IMG/VR virus record: IMGVR_UViG_3300029952_000065 | Direction: 5' to 3' (one strand) | Length of the DNA: 39,999 nt | DNA from: a virus | Shown: positions 6,978-16,372 of the stretch, piece after piece | Layout of the letters: every line of letters starts with the position of its first letter | Position numbering within the stretch: the stretch's first letter is position 1 | The notes under the pieces: generated by a model | The model's input: the letters and a program-made list of their open reading frames with translations, nothing else | Database searches by the model: none | Told to the model about the DNA's origin: nothing | Position numbers and translations under genes: made by a program

Positions 6978-9569
6978 ATGCCTAATCTTTTACAAAAACT
7001 TACTTATTTCGACCCAGAAACCAGTAGACAATTTGTCATTGGGGATAAGGGATTCGCCTGGAAACAAGCGGTAAAATCTCCCGAAGACTCAAAAGTAACT
7101 CGTCTGGTAGCTCAATACGGCTGGGAATTGAAGTACGGTACGGATACATTTTTGCTTTTTAAGCGCCCCAAGCAAAAAGGGGAATTAAATGTACTGCGAG
7201 GTACCAAACAATGGTTTTTGGACATGGGCGGGCCGGTTTATGAAGATACCCCCGGGGGAACGGGATTAAAGAGCCTACAGAGGGCTCTAGAGGATAACCA
7301 GATGAATATATCAAAAGCGGCTAACCCCGCTGCTACAGCTGTTAATAACGCCGCAAAAGGCACTCCAGGATTAAATAGACGCCCAGATTACGCAGAAGCT
7401 GATTCCATTGTTGCTTTGGATGGTGGGGTTAAAACAGGAAGTACGGGTTTGCCAGCTACTTTATATGTTACGAGCGCCGATTACAAAGGCATTACTCTAG
7501 AGAAATTTTCTTTTAGCCCAAATATCGAAAAAGCTAGGATATTTCCTCCTCTTATGGCTAAAAGTTTAAGCAATCAAATCAAAGGTAGATTTGGTGTCAC
7601 TTCCCACATCATTTTAGCCTATAATTATGAGGAAATGTTTAAGTCTATACTTGCTTTAAACCCTGAATCCAAGTTTTTGATAGATAAAGAAATTACATGG
7701 GCTAAGCGGAGTCTCAAAAAACAGGATCGAGTTATTTGGTTTTTGCGCTGGATCCGCTTGGCTATCATGCAAGAACTTTATCATGCCGCTGGAGCCGCTG
7801 GATCTGGTAGACCTGCTGAACCAACATCCCCAGGCGAGAAATCCAGAGAACAGATTTATAAAGAGCGAGTAAAGAATGTTCTAGATCAATACAAAAAAGA
7901 CATGTCAGCAAAAGGGGGAAATCCAGATGCTGATAGTATGAGTATAGGAGATTTATCGACTATACATGCAAATTTAGATCACTTTTATGGTTTGAATGTA
8001 CCGGAGATCAATAATTATAGTCCGACAGTAGAAACTTGGACTGATTTACGACAACGATTTTCTAGCATTGAGCAGGCTTGGGCAGAAGCAGCAAAACGAG
8101 GACTTAAACCTAAAACAGAAGATAAAGTTTTTATTAAGTTTCCCGATGGTTGGGCTTGGTGGTTTTTACCTCGCTCTTCCTGTGACCAAGAAGCTAAAGC
8201 CATGGGTCACTGCGGAAATTCCCCTTTCGCCGGTAGAGAAGGTATCGGCATACTCAGTTTACGCAGACCAGTTAAACACGGAAAAGATTTTTTGTGGGAA
8301 CCTCATCTTACATTCATTCTTCATGAAGACCCACCAGGTGCTGACAGTGGAACTTTAGGGGAAATGAAGGGTAAAGGTAATGCAAAACCTACTCCTCAAT
8401 ACCATCCATATATTATGAAATTATTGGAAGATCATAGAATACAAGGCGTTGGCGGCGGTGGATACTTAGCGTCTCACAATTTTTCTTTTTCTGATCTTAC
8501 CCCTGAACAACAAGCCATCGTCAATAAAATTAATCCAGGCGTAGGAATGACCATCGCAGGATATTATAAAGAACATGGAATGGATGGAAAGCTGTTGAAA
8601 AAAATCAAAGCTATTTTGGGTTTAGAAAGTGCTACATACGACCCAAAATACGGAGTAGCGGTTGCCTCTTGGCCTAATGAAGAAGAGTTCATTAAGAAAA
8701 CAGGTGACAGTGAAGCTAAGAAAGCGTGGATGTTTGTTCAGACTGGTGAACACAACTATGACAGCCCGGATATCGATGAACTCACGGACTTGCTTAACGG
8801 AATCAATGATCCGCAAATCCATAATATTGGTTTATCCCTCACTTATGATTTTCCAGTAGAAATGCAATCATGGTATTCAAATTTCAACCCTAATGATAAA
8901 GTTGCGGTGAAATTGGCGCTTACAGATTTATATAATGCTTACATCGCTAAAGGGCAAAAAGTTTTTGACCAGGAAGTTGACAAACTCAAAAAATATTTAA
9001 CTACTCAGGAAAATGAGATGAATGAAACGGGAGGATTCGCAAATCCTGAAGTTATACAAGAGATAAAAGAAAAATTAAAGGGTTACGATCAAAATAAAGT
9101 GTGGGATGCTGTGCCTGTACTACAAAAATTGCATGCTGCATATGTGGCTGGGGGACCAAACCAAGCAGAGGTAAGGGCAAATATTAAAAAGAAAGTCCAA
9201 GAAGGCTTAAAAGATAAAGATAGGATCAAAATCACAACAACCACCGATGGTCGTTATTTGCAACTCATGGATGAAAAGAAACTGGTAAAAGATGCCCAAG
9301 GCCACCAAGACGCTGGAGGCACGGGAGGGTATTACGATACTCCCGAATTTCGCTGGTCATTCCCCTATGATTGGGATGAGTGGAACCCCGAAAGAACAAA
9401 TAAGGCTGTAGCTAAACTTTTTGGCGAACCTTCTAAAAAACCATCAAGGAATGTGAAGCAAAAAAGACTGTTTCCTGAGCCAAAAACTAATGAAGATGCC
9501 GTGCGCAAAGGCATTGCAGTGTCAAGTTTTAGGAATCCCTTATTACAAAAAAGACTCATTTTTGAGTAG
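6978..9569 (+). CDS. large hypothetical protein (863 aa)
   Basis: Longest ORF in the window; no recognisable catalytic motif. Confidence 0.7.
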   Translation: MPNLLQKLTYFDPETSRQFVIGDKGFAWKQAVKSPEDSKVTRLVAQYGWELKYGTDTFLLFKRPKQKGELNVLRGTKQWFLDMGGPVYEDTPGGTGLKSLQRALEDNQMNISKAANPAATAVNNAAKGTPGLNRRPDYAEADSIVALDGGVKTGSTGLPATLYVTSADYKGITLEKFSFSPNIEKARIFPPLMAKSLSNQIKGRFGVTSHIILAYNYEEMFKSILALNPESKFLIDKEITWAKRSLKKQDRVIWFLRWIRLAIMQELYHAAGAAGSGRPAEPTSPGEKSREQIYKERVKNVLDQYKKDMSAKGGNPDADSMSIGDLSTIHANLDHFYGLNVPEINNYSPTVETWTDLRQRFSSIEQAWAEAAKRGLKPKTEDKVFIKFPDGWAWWFLPRSSCDQEAKAMGHCGNSPFAGREGIGILSLRRPVKHGKDFLWEPHLTFILHEDPPGADSGTLGEMKGKGNAKPTPQYHPYIMKLLEDHRIQGVGGGGYLASHNFSFSDLTPEQQAIVNKINPGVGMTIAGYYKEHGMDGKLLKKIKAILGLESATYDPKYGVAVASWPNEEEFIKKTGDSEAKKAWMFVQTGEHNYDSPDIDELTDLLNGINDPQIHNIGLSLTYDFPVEMQSWYSNFNPNDKVAVKLALTDLYNAYIAKGQKVFDQEVDKLKKYLTTQENEMNETGGFANPEVIQEIKEKLKGYDQNKVWDAVPVLQKLHAAYVAGGPNQAEVRANIKKKVQEGLKDKDRIKITTTTDGRYLQLMDEKKLVKDAQGHQDAGGTGGYYDTPEFRWSFPYDWDEWNPERTNKAVAKLFGEPSKKPSRNVKQKRLFPEPKTNEDAVRKGIAVSSFRNPLLQKRLIFE

Positions 9570-9601
9570 ACAAACCCCTGCTTCAACTGTATAATAATAG
9601 C

Positions 9602-10372
9602 ATGAGTAGTTTACTCGAAATAGCTATTGAGCTGGCGCTGAAAGCACACCATGGGCAAATAGACTCGGATGGTGACCCTCACATTCTTCACAGCTTAGAG
9701 GTCATGTTTGCTGTAAAAAAAGAACTGGAATGTGCCCCCAATGAAACTCCAGATTGTTGCCTTCCCGTTTTATATGGAGCTACAAAAGAGCAACTTTTAG
9801 TAGCGGCTGTACTTCACGATGTGGTTGAAGACACTGATTTTTCTCTTGATCAGGTTCGTAAAGAATTCGGAGATGTGGTTGCAGATATCGTAGATTCCGT
9901 TACCCGACGTGAATCCGATGGAATAAAAGAATTTTATCGTGATTTTATTTATCGAGCCCGCGCGTCGAAAGGCGGAAGACTAGTTAAAATCGCAGACCTC
10001 CTCACAAATCTTAAACGCCTTCCAAATATTAAAATCGCTCACCCAAAATGGCATGACAAACTTCAATATAAATATCACTTAGCAAAACGGGTGTTGCAGA
10101 CTGAAGATGATGCTGCTTACAAGGTGGGTCAGTATACGCAGTTCGGAGGCTACGTGGTGCAGACTGAAGATGATGCTGCTTACAAGGTGGGCCAGCAGTT
10201 CGGAGGCTACGAAAAAGTGCGGCAGGTAAAGCTTTGGGAGAAGCTTTCTGGGGAGATTAGGGGTTATGACCCAAAGCAGTATTTTATTGCTGATCCCGAT
10301 GGTAAACGCAAAGAAATTTCATCTGCTGAGTTTACATTCTTATTTCCTACCAAGCTACCCGAACCGAACTAG
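9602..10372 (+). CDS. HD-domain (p)ppGpp hydrolase-like protein (SpoT/Mesh1-like small alarmone hydrolase)
   Basis: HHGQIDSDGDPHILHSLEV and VLHDVVEDT match the RelA/SpoT HD signatures (HxxQxRxxGxPYxxH and LHDvxEDT). Contains an internal 63-nt tandem duplication. Confidence 0.8.
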   Translation: MSSLLEIAIELALKAHHGQIDSDGDPHILHSLEVMFAVKKELECAPNETPDCCLPVLYGATKEQLLVAAVLHDVVEDTDFSLDQVRKEFGDVVADIVDSVTRRESDGIKEFYRDFIYRARASKGGRLVKIADLLTNLKRLPNIKIAHPKWHDKLQYKYHLAKRVLQTEDDAAYKVGQYTQFGGYVVQTEDDAAYKVGQQFGGYEKVRQVKLWEKLSGEIRGYDPKQYFIADPDGKRKEISSAEFTFLFPTKLPEPN

Positions 10373-10440
10373 CAGCTTGTGACCTAGAAAAGTATTATTC
10401 TTTTATGGTAAACTCAGCATCTAAGATTTGAGGAACAAAA

Positions 10441-11952
10441 ATGTCGATGACTGACAAGGAAATCGCTGTTGTCAATAATGCGCGTGAAAAGATTACGGAG
10501 CAGCAAAATCTTTTAAAACGCCTCACCGCCGCCGCTTATCATGTGGGAGTCGTTACCGCTGTTTTGGATAAATCGGTGATTGTAGTTACGGCAAATCAAG
10601 TTTTTGAGTTAGATCAAGTTGAAAGTTCTATCCCAGTAAAAGTAGGAATGTCAGTAGACGTTCATCCCGAAACGGGACAAATTGTTCGGGTAAGCGACTA
10701 CACTACTTACGGGGTATCTGGAACTGTCGTCCAAATAGACGATAAAACAATCCAACTTAATACCCCATCTGGTATATTGGCTACTGATTACGCTACCGTC
10801 CCCGTGGAAATTGGGGATCATGTGATCATGGACAGTACAAACCATGTCATCATCAAAAAAATAAATCAGACTTCTAAATTTGCCTTTAAAACGAATGCAG
10901 TTTTAACCTGGGATGATATTGGCGCATGCGAAGATGCTAAAAAGGCAATTATTGCAGCGCTGGAAACTCCTTATGTTAAAAAAGATATTTTTAAGTATTT
11001 CCACAAAAAAGAAGTTAAAGGGGCTCTTTTGTGGGGTCGCGCAGGGAACGGTAAAACGCTCATCGGAAGAGCGGCCGCAGGTTCCTTGGCTCGTATGCAC
11101 AGCAAAGAATCAGTGGAATCCGGATTTGTTTACATTAAAGGGCCGGAGATTTTAGATAAATATGTAGGTGAGTCAGAAAGTCAAATTCGTTTGGCATTTG
11201 ATTTTTGTAAACGCCACTACAAAAAATACGGGTACCCTGCTATTTTATTCATTGATGAAGCAGATGCTATTTTAATGCGCCGGGGAAGCCGCACATCCGC
11301 TGGCATGGAGCAAACCATTGTTCCCCAATTTCTCTCTGAAATGGATGGAATTGAAGATAGCGGGACTTTTGTGCTTTTGGCAACCAATCGGGCTGATACG
11401 CTGGATCCCGCTGTAATTCGTCCTGGGCGTATAGATCGACCAGTTTATGTAGCGCCCCCAACGAAGGAAAATGCGCCATCCATTTGGAATATTCATATGC
11501 GGAATGTTCCTTTATCCAAGGGGGTCAGCTCTGAGGAATTGATTAAAACTACCAATGAAAGACTTTTTAGCGAACAATATCCATTGTATAAATTGGAAAC
11601 AACTATAGGAACTAGGGTTTTCAGTTTAGGTAGTCTGGTCAGTGGAGCGCTCATCGCTGGTATTGTAGAGCGAGCTTCGGCGGTTGCTATTGATCGTAAT
11701 AATGACGCTAAAAATATTGATGGGTTGTGTCAAAAAGATTTCGACATTGCTTTAACAGCTATGCATAAAGAGCAGTATGGTATGAATCACATGGATGAGC
11801 TACGAGAGTTCGTTGAGAATCAAAAATTGCAAGTAACAGCTATGGAGCAGTACCATAACGGGGTGAAGATCGATGTTCGTTCTCCATCTTCACCTACGGC
11901 ACAACTGGTAGCTGTTCCAATTCCAAGTTCAAAACAGAGGTATGATTCCTAA
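10441..11952 (+). CDS. AAA+ ATPase (classic clade, CDC48/FtsH/proteasomal-ATPase-like)
   Basis: Walker A GRAGNGKT, Walker B ILFIDEADAI, second region of homology MEQTIVPQFLSEMDG...ATNRADTLDPAVIRPGRIDR; SD gagga upstream. Confidence 0.85.
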   Translation: MSMTDKEIAVVNNAREKITEQQNLLKRLTAAAYHVGVVTAVLDKSVIVVTANQVFELDQVESSIPVKVGMSVDVHPETGQIVRVSDYTTYGVSGTVVQIDDKTIQLNTPSGILATDYATVPVEIGDHVIMDSTNHVIIKKINQTSKFAFKTNAVLTWDDIGACEDAKKAIIAALETPYVKKDIFKYFHKKEVKGALLWGRAGNGKTLIGRAAAGSLARMHSKESVESGFVYIKGPEILDKYVGESESQIRLAFDFCKRHYKKYGYPAILFIDEADAILMRRGSRTSAGMEQTIVPQFLSEMDGIEDSGTFVLLATNRADTLDPAVIRPGRIDRPVYVAPPTKENAPSIWNIHMRNVPLSKGVSSEELIKTTNERLFSEQYPLYKLETTIGTRVFSLGSLVSGALIAGIVERASAVAIDRNNDAKNIDGLCQKDFDIALTAMHKEQYGMNHMDELREFVENQKLQVTAMEQYHNGVKIDVRSPSSPTAQLVAVPIPSSKQRYDS

Positions 11953-12162
11953 ATGTCTCAAGTACAAAAAGAAAGACCACAAGAAAAGAAACCTCGCCCT
12001 CAAGAAAATCATGGTCCAACTCTCGATGCAAATATTGACATAGGGGATGCGGATGATATTTTGAAGGAGCTTGAAGAAATTGAACACCCGAACCAGAATA
12101 TACCAGAATATTTTAGAGCACCCTGTTGTGTAGCAATAGCTAAAAAGAAATCGGTTCGCTAA
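11953..12162 (+). CDS. hypothetical small acidic protein
   Basis: 69 aa, directly follows the AAA gene. Confidence 0.4.
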   Translation: MSQVQKERPQEKKPRPQENHGPTLDANIDIGDADDILKELEEIEHPNQNIPEYFRAPCCVAIAKKKSVR

Positions 12163-12470
12163 TGCAGGAAAAGAAAACAAAACCGGCAATTCCTGTAAAG
12201 AAAGGAAAAGGTATTTCTCCGATCAATATCCATCTTGACCCTGTAGGCGACATTGTGGGTGAATTGTATGAGATCTCAAATCCCCGTCAGCGATTCGAAA
12301 TTCAGTACACTGAAATTGATATACGTTCCACAAGGGGTGTTTGCCCCAACACTGGGCAGTACACCGATTTATCATTTAGCGCTGAAAAACCTCGTATTCA
12401 AGCTTGTAGAGTGGGTTGTTCTTGCCACGCCTGTCTTTACAATAATTGTATCGGACACATAGAGCCATGA
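12162..12470 (+). CDS. hypothetical Cys-rich protein
   Basis: 102 aa with C-terminal CRVGCSCHACLYNNC. Confidence 0.4.
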   Translation: MQEKKTKPAIPVKKGKGISPINIHLDPVGDIVGELYEISNPRQRFEIQYTEIDIRSTRGVCPNTGQYTDLSFSAEKPRIQACRVGCSCHACLYNNCIGHIEP

Positions 12471-12781
12471 ATTTATCCGCTTTATTCCAACTGGTATACC
12501 TTAGCATCCCGTGTGGTGCTCTGAGTGCATTGATCACCCAAGGGGCGATATTTAACCCTCTACATGCTGCGTTACGTTTACGTAGCCCTTGGCTGGACGA
12601 ATTGCTTTCCTGCCCATGGTGTACAAGTCAGTGGATTGCGGCTATTTTGGTGTGTATTTATCACCCAATCGTGATCTCTTGTTGGGCTCCAATTGACTAT
12701 TTTGTATCAATTTTAGTGATGGCTGCACTTGCGTCTGTCACCGTTAAGCTGGTATACTCAATATACAAGTCTATGGACTAA
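12467..12781 (+). CDS. small membrane protein
   Basis: ATGA overlap with upstream; 2-3 TM helices (MNLSALFQLVYLS...). Confidence 0.45.
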   Translation: MNLSALFQLVYLSIPCGALSALITQGAIFNPLHAALRLRSPWLDELLSCPWCTSQWIAAILVCIYHPIVISCWAPIDYFVSILVMAALASVTVKLVYSIYKSMD

Positions 12782-12786
12782 TAATT

Positions 12787-14883
12787 ATGGGTCTTCAAGA
12801 ATACACCACAGCGCTAAACGCGAAACTAGAAAAAGCACGGGACGCTTATTACAAGAAGGGCGAACCCGTGATGTCCGATGCTGAATATGACGCTCAGGAA
12901 AAAGAGTTGGCGGATATAATATCGGCTAATCCTCAATTGAAGGTGTTCGCCCCTGTACTCCATACAGTGGGTTCCGATGTAACGGCCTCTGGAAGAGTGA
13001 AGCACAGCCGTCCCATGCTCAGCATTGAGAACAAATACACTGTTGATGACTTTGTGGAATGGGCTAAGAAAATATGGGCAGGATATCCCGACGCCAAATT
13101 CTGCTTAGAGCCAAAATTTGATGGTGTGAGCGTAGAATTAAGGTATAGGCATGGAAAATTGCATCAAGCCGTTTCCCGCGGTACGGGCAGTGAAGGAGAA
13201 GATTGCACTTTACAGGTAATGGCGATCAAATCCATTCCAAAAACAGTACCTAATAGTTTTCCAAATGTGTTTGACATTCGGGGAGAAATGGTCATGCGGA
13301 ATGACACCCTTGAACGTCTCAACGCTGAGGCCCAAAAATATGGGGGTAAAATTTATCAGTCCACCCGTAATCTAACAGCGGGTACCATGAAAAAGCAAGA
13401 CGCTAAAATTGTAGCTAGTCGTGACCTTGAATATAGACCTTGGGAAGTGACAGGTTCAGATTTAAATGATAGTGGGTTTGCCCGCTTGGATATGCTTGTT
13501 GATGCGGGGTTTGTCGCTCCCTTGGGAGAACTGGTAGAAGATGAAGCTTCACTACGAGCTGTTTTAGCGAAGAAACTTAAGGAGCGCACAACTAAACTTC
13601 GTGATATTCTTTCCTTGGAAACTGATGGCGTAGTCATTAAAGTAGATTCGAATGCTTTACGCACACAGTTAGGAGTTGCTTCTAAATATACCAACTGGCA
13701 AACCTGCTTCAAACCCCAATCTGCCTCTGGTACTACGTATCTACGCAGCATCGAATGGCAGGTAGGACGAACAGGAAAATTGTCTCCTGTTGCGGAATGT
13801 GACCCCGTGATACTGGCTTCCGCGAAGGTCGAACACGCCAGTCTTAACAACATCTCCTGGATTAAAGAAAAAGGTTTGAAACTGGGGGCAAAGGTAGAAA
13901 TGCTGCGATCCGGGGATGTGATCCCTCAAATCGTTCGTGTGATTGACGAAGGGGATGATGAAATCATTCCACCAACAAAATGTCCGGAATGCGCTGGAAA
14001 AGTTGTGGAGATGGATGAGGGCGGAGTAGGCATCATTCAACATTTTTGTACCAATCAAGCATGCCCCGGTATTCTACGGGGGTATTTGGCTTTTATTGGT
14101 AGTAGGGATGTACTAGAAATCGATGGGTTGGGTCCAGAAGCAGCAAGAACACTAGTGAAAGAGGAAGGGATCCATGATCTGGCTGGGCTTTTTAATTTTT
14201 ATAATAGATGCCAAGATAAAAGACTCTCCATGGATACAAATAAAGAATTTATCGCCTATGCTCGAATGATAGGATTTGATGCCACTCTTCCCAAAATGTT
14301 GGATTCCTTAGAGAAGGCTAAAACCGCTCCTTGGGAGCGTTGGATCAAAGCTTTGGGGATTCCTATGATTGGGGAAACTCATGGTAAAGCTTTGGTGACA
14401 TTTTTTAAGCTCACCCCAGAGAGCTTCAAAGATTTATGGCAAATTACCCAAAACTTGGAAGAGAACAAAATTGAGGGTATAGGGCCGCAGAAAATAAAAG
14501 CTTTATCTGAATGGGGGGCGAACCCTGACAACAAAGTTTTGTGTTTGTCATTATTCAATTTAGGTGTGCGTCCTACTCCTCCGGAAACGCCTAAAATAGT
14601 AGCTGGGGCACCTCTAAGTGGTATTATTTTCTGCATTACAGGGGAGTTTGACGAAGATAGAAACTCTCTTATCAAGAAACTTGTTAGCTTAGGGGCCGAA
14701 TCTAAAACTGGTGTAACCAAAAAAATAAATCTTTTGATCGTTGGTGATGACGCGGGAAAAACTAAGTTGACTAAAGCCGCAGAATTAGGTATAAAACAAG
14801 TAGGGAAAGATTGGCTCGTTAAAACTTTGTCCGATAGCGGCATTAAAATGTCGCAAAATAACTTTGTTCCAGAGCAGGCGTAA
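12787..14883 (+). CDS. ligA: NAD-dependent DNA ligase
   Basis: Adenylation motif LEPKFDGVSVELRY (KxDG), four-Cys zinc finger CPECAGK...CTNQACPG, HhH region and C-terminal BRCT-like segment. Confidence 0.9.
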   Translation: MGLQEYTTALNAKLEKARDAYYKKGEPVMSDAEYDAQEKELADIISANPQLKVFAPVLHTVGSDVTASGRVKHSRPMLSIENKYTVDDFVEWAKKIWAGYPDAKFCLEPKFDGVSVELRYRHGKLHQAVSRGTGSEGEDCTLQVMAIKSIPKTVPNSFPNVFDIRGEMVMRNDTLERLNAEAQKYGGKIYQSTRNLTAGTMKKQDAKIVASRDLEYRPWEVTGSDLNDSGFARLDMLVDAGFVAPLGELVEDEASLRAVLAKKLKERTTKLRDILSLETDGVVIKVDSNALRTQLGVASKYTNWQTCFKPQSASGTTYLRSIEWQVGRTGKLSPVAECDPVILASAKVEHASLNNISWIKEKGLKLGAKVEMLRSGDVIPQIVRVIDEGDDEIIPPTKCPECAGKVVEMDEGGVGIIQHFCTNQACPGILRGYLAFIGSRDVLEIDGLGPEAARTLVKEEGIHDLAGLFNFYNRCQDKRLSMDTNKEFIAYARMIGFDATLPKMLDSLEKAKTAPWERWIKALGIPMIGETHGKALVTFFKLTPESFKDLWQITQNLEENKIEGIGPQKIKALSEWGANPDNKVLCLSLFNLGVRPTPPETPKIVAGAPLSGIIFCITGEFDEDRNSLIKKLVSLGAESKTGVTKKINLLIVGDDAGKTKLTKAAELGIKQVGKDWLVKTLSDSGIKMSQNNFVPEQA

Positions 14884-14894
14884 GGAGTGAAAAT

Positions 14895-15263
14895 ATGAAA
14901 ATGAAAATCGTTACTATGTTTATCGCACTTTTCTTCGTTTTGGGAGTTAATTCCCAAGCACAGGGTGTTTCTTATCCGTATTCTGTAGTTTTGACTTGGA
15001 CTCCCCCATCTGGGGCTACAGGTATTAATGTCTACAGAACAACTTATTCGTCTGGAGCTTGTGGAACTTTCGCACTCCTGACAACCACATCACTCACCGG
15101 TACAGCAAAGACTTATACGGATACAACGGTAGCCTCTTTGGGGGATTATTGCTACGGAGTTACAGCTCTGGTTGGTGCAGCTGAATCAGGAATGTCGAAT
15201 ATTCCTCCCCCGTCACAGATTCCGCCTACGCCACCTACAGCCTTGGCTACACAAGAACAATAA
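14895..15263 (+). CDS. secreted protein with fibronectin-type-III-like domain
   Basis: Signal peptide MKMKIVTMFIALFFVLGVNSQAQG followed by a VLTWTPPSGATGINVYRTT FN3-like pattern. Confidence 0.55.
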   Translation: MKMKIVTMFIALFFVLGVNSQAQGVSYPYSVVLTWTPPSGATGINVYRTTYSSGACGTFALLTTTSLTGTAKTYTDTTVASLGDYCYGVTALVGAAESGMSNIPPPSQIPPTPPTALATQEQ

Positions 15264-15271
15264 ACTTTTAG

Positions 15272-15369
15272 GTGCGGCGTTAACGCGGAACGATTTAGGT
15301 CGCTCCGGATGAAGGGGTAAGGTTTAGGTTACGAATCCTTACGCTAATCGGTTCCAATCCGGCCCGCAC
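15272..15369 (+). ncRNA. tRNA-like structured RNA candidate
   Basis: gtgcggc (15273-79) pairs with gcccgcac (15363-69) like an acceptor stem. A T-arm-like tcgg-ttccaat-ccgg abuts it, and an internal 6-bp hairpin gtaagg...ccttac is present. About 26 nt longer than a tRNA. Confidence 0.3.
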
Positions 15370-15393
15370 AAGAGTTTTAGCGGAGGGGAGAGC

Positions 15394-15546
15394 ATGACGC
15401 AGAAGATTGAGTCGATTCAGGATTGGTTGCTGAGGCACGGCCACCATGCCGAAGATACGGTTAATGGAGAGCCGCTGCTCGACCTGCTGTGGAAATTCTG
15501 GGTGGACTCCGTAAAGGAGCGGACGAAAATTGGAGGGTCAGGGAGA
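15394..15546 (+). CDS. hypothetical small protein
   Basis: 50-aa ORF with SD ggagggga upstream. Confidence 0.3.
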
Positions 15547-15682
15547 TGAGCGCTGAATCCACAATGACGCCTCAACAGAAAATCTTGGCGGCGAAATTAG
15601 CGAAAGAATCGCTGGAACAACACTCAAAAAATATTTTGTTCAATACGGCAAAAACCCACATCATACACAATGGAGATGATTT

Positions 15683-16336
15683 ATGTCAATTAAAGAAATG
15701 TTGGAAAGTGCGGCACATGCGGTATGGGTACCCGGAGATGAAAAACTTTCAACTGCTGCCCCAGCTAAAGGTGCAACTCCAAGTTTTACTTTTCCGGGTT
15801 TAGGTAATTCAGGTACTGCACCTACAGCAGCACCATCTCCATTTTTGGTACCTGGTTCCGTGGCTCTAGACGAGGGCGTATACCAGAAAGTACTCGCTAA
15901 AACAAACTTTGAAACCACACCGGCTTGTATCTCCATTCATAAGTATTATGACGCTATGGAAGGTATGCCGATGGACATTAAAACTAAGTTCAAGATGGCA
16001 ATAGCGCAAGCCGCCAAGCTTGACGGTCTGACGGCAGATAAAATCCTCGCCACATTTGATGGCTTGAAAACCGCTCTGGCAGCAGATGCGAATAATTTCG
16101 CTAAGTTTGCCGAGGAACGAGAAAAAACTCAAATTACATCCCGGCAGACAAAAATACAGCAAATCACTGATCAAATTACCGCCCTGGAAACTCAACATAC
16201 CCAGCTCGCCGCTGAGTTAGCGGATGAACAGAATAAACACGTTGCTGGTACAACGCAATACGCCTTGGCACAACAACGCCGAGCGACAGAAATTGATCAA
16301 CAGAAGGCGGAATTTGCGGCCCTGCTATCGCACTAG
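15683..16336 (+). CDS. hypothetical protein with C-terminal coiled coil
   Basis: 217 aa with Ala/Pro-rich linker and heptad-rich C-terminus. Confidence 0.5.
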   Translation: MSIKEMLESAAHAVWVPGDEKLSTAAPAKGATPSFTFPGLGNSGTAPTAAPSPFLVPGSVALDEGVYQKVLAKTNFETTPACISIHKYYDAMEGMPMDIKTKFKMAIAQAAKLDGLTADKILATFDGLKTALAADANNFAKFAEEREKTQITSRQTKIQQITDQITALETQHTQLAAELADEQNKHVAGTTQYALAQQRRATEIDQQKAEFAALLSH

Positions 16337-16372
16337 ATCAGGAATAAAATCCAACCACGGAGCGAAACATAT

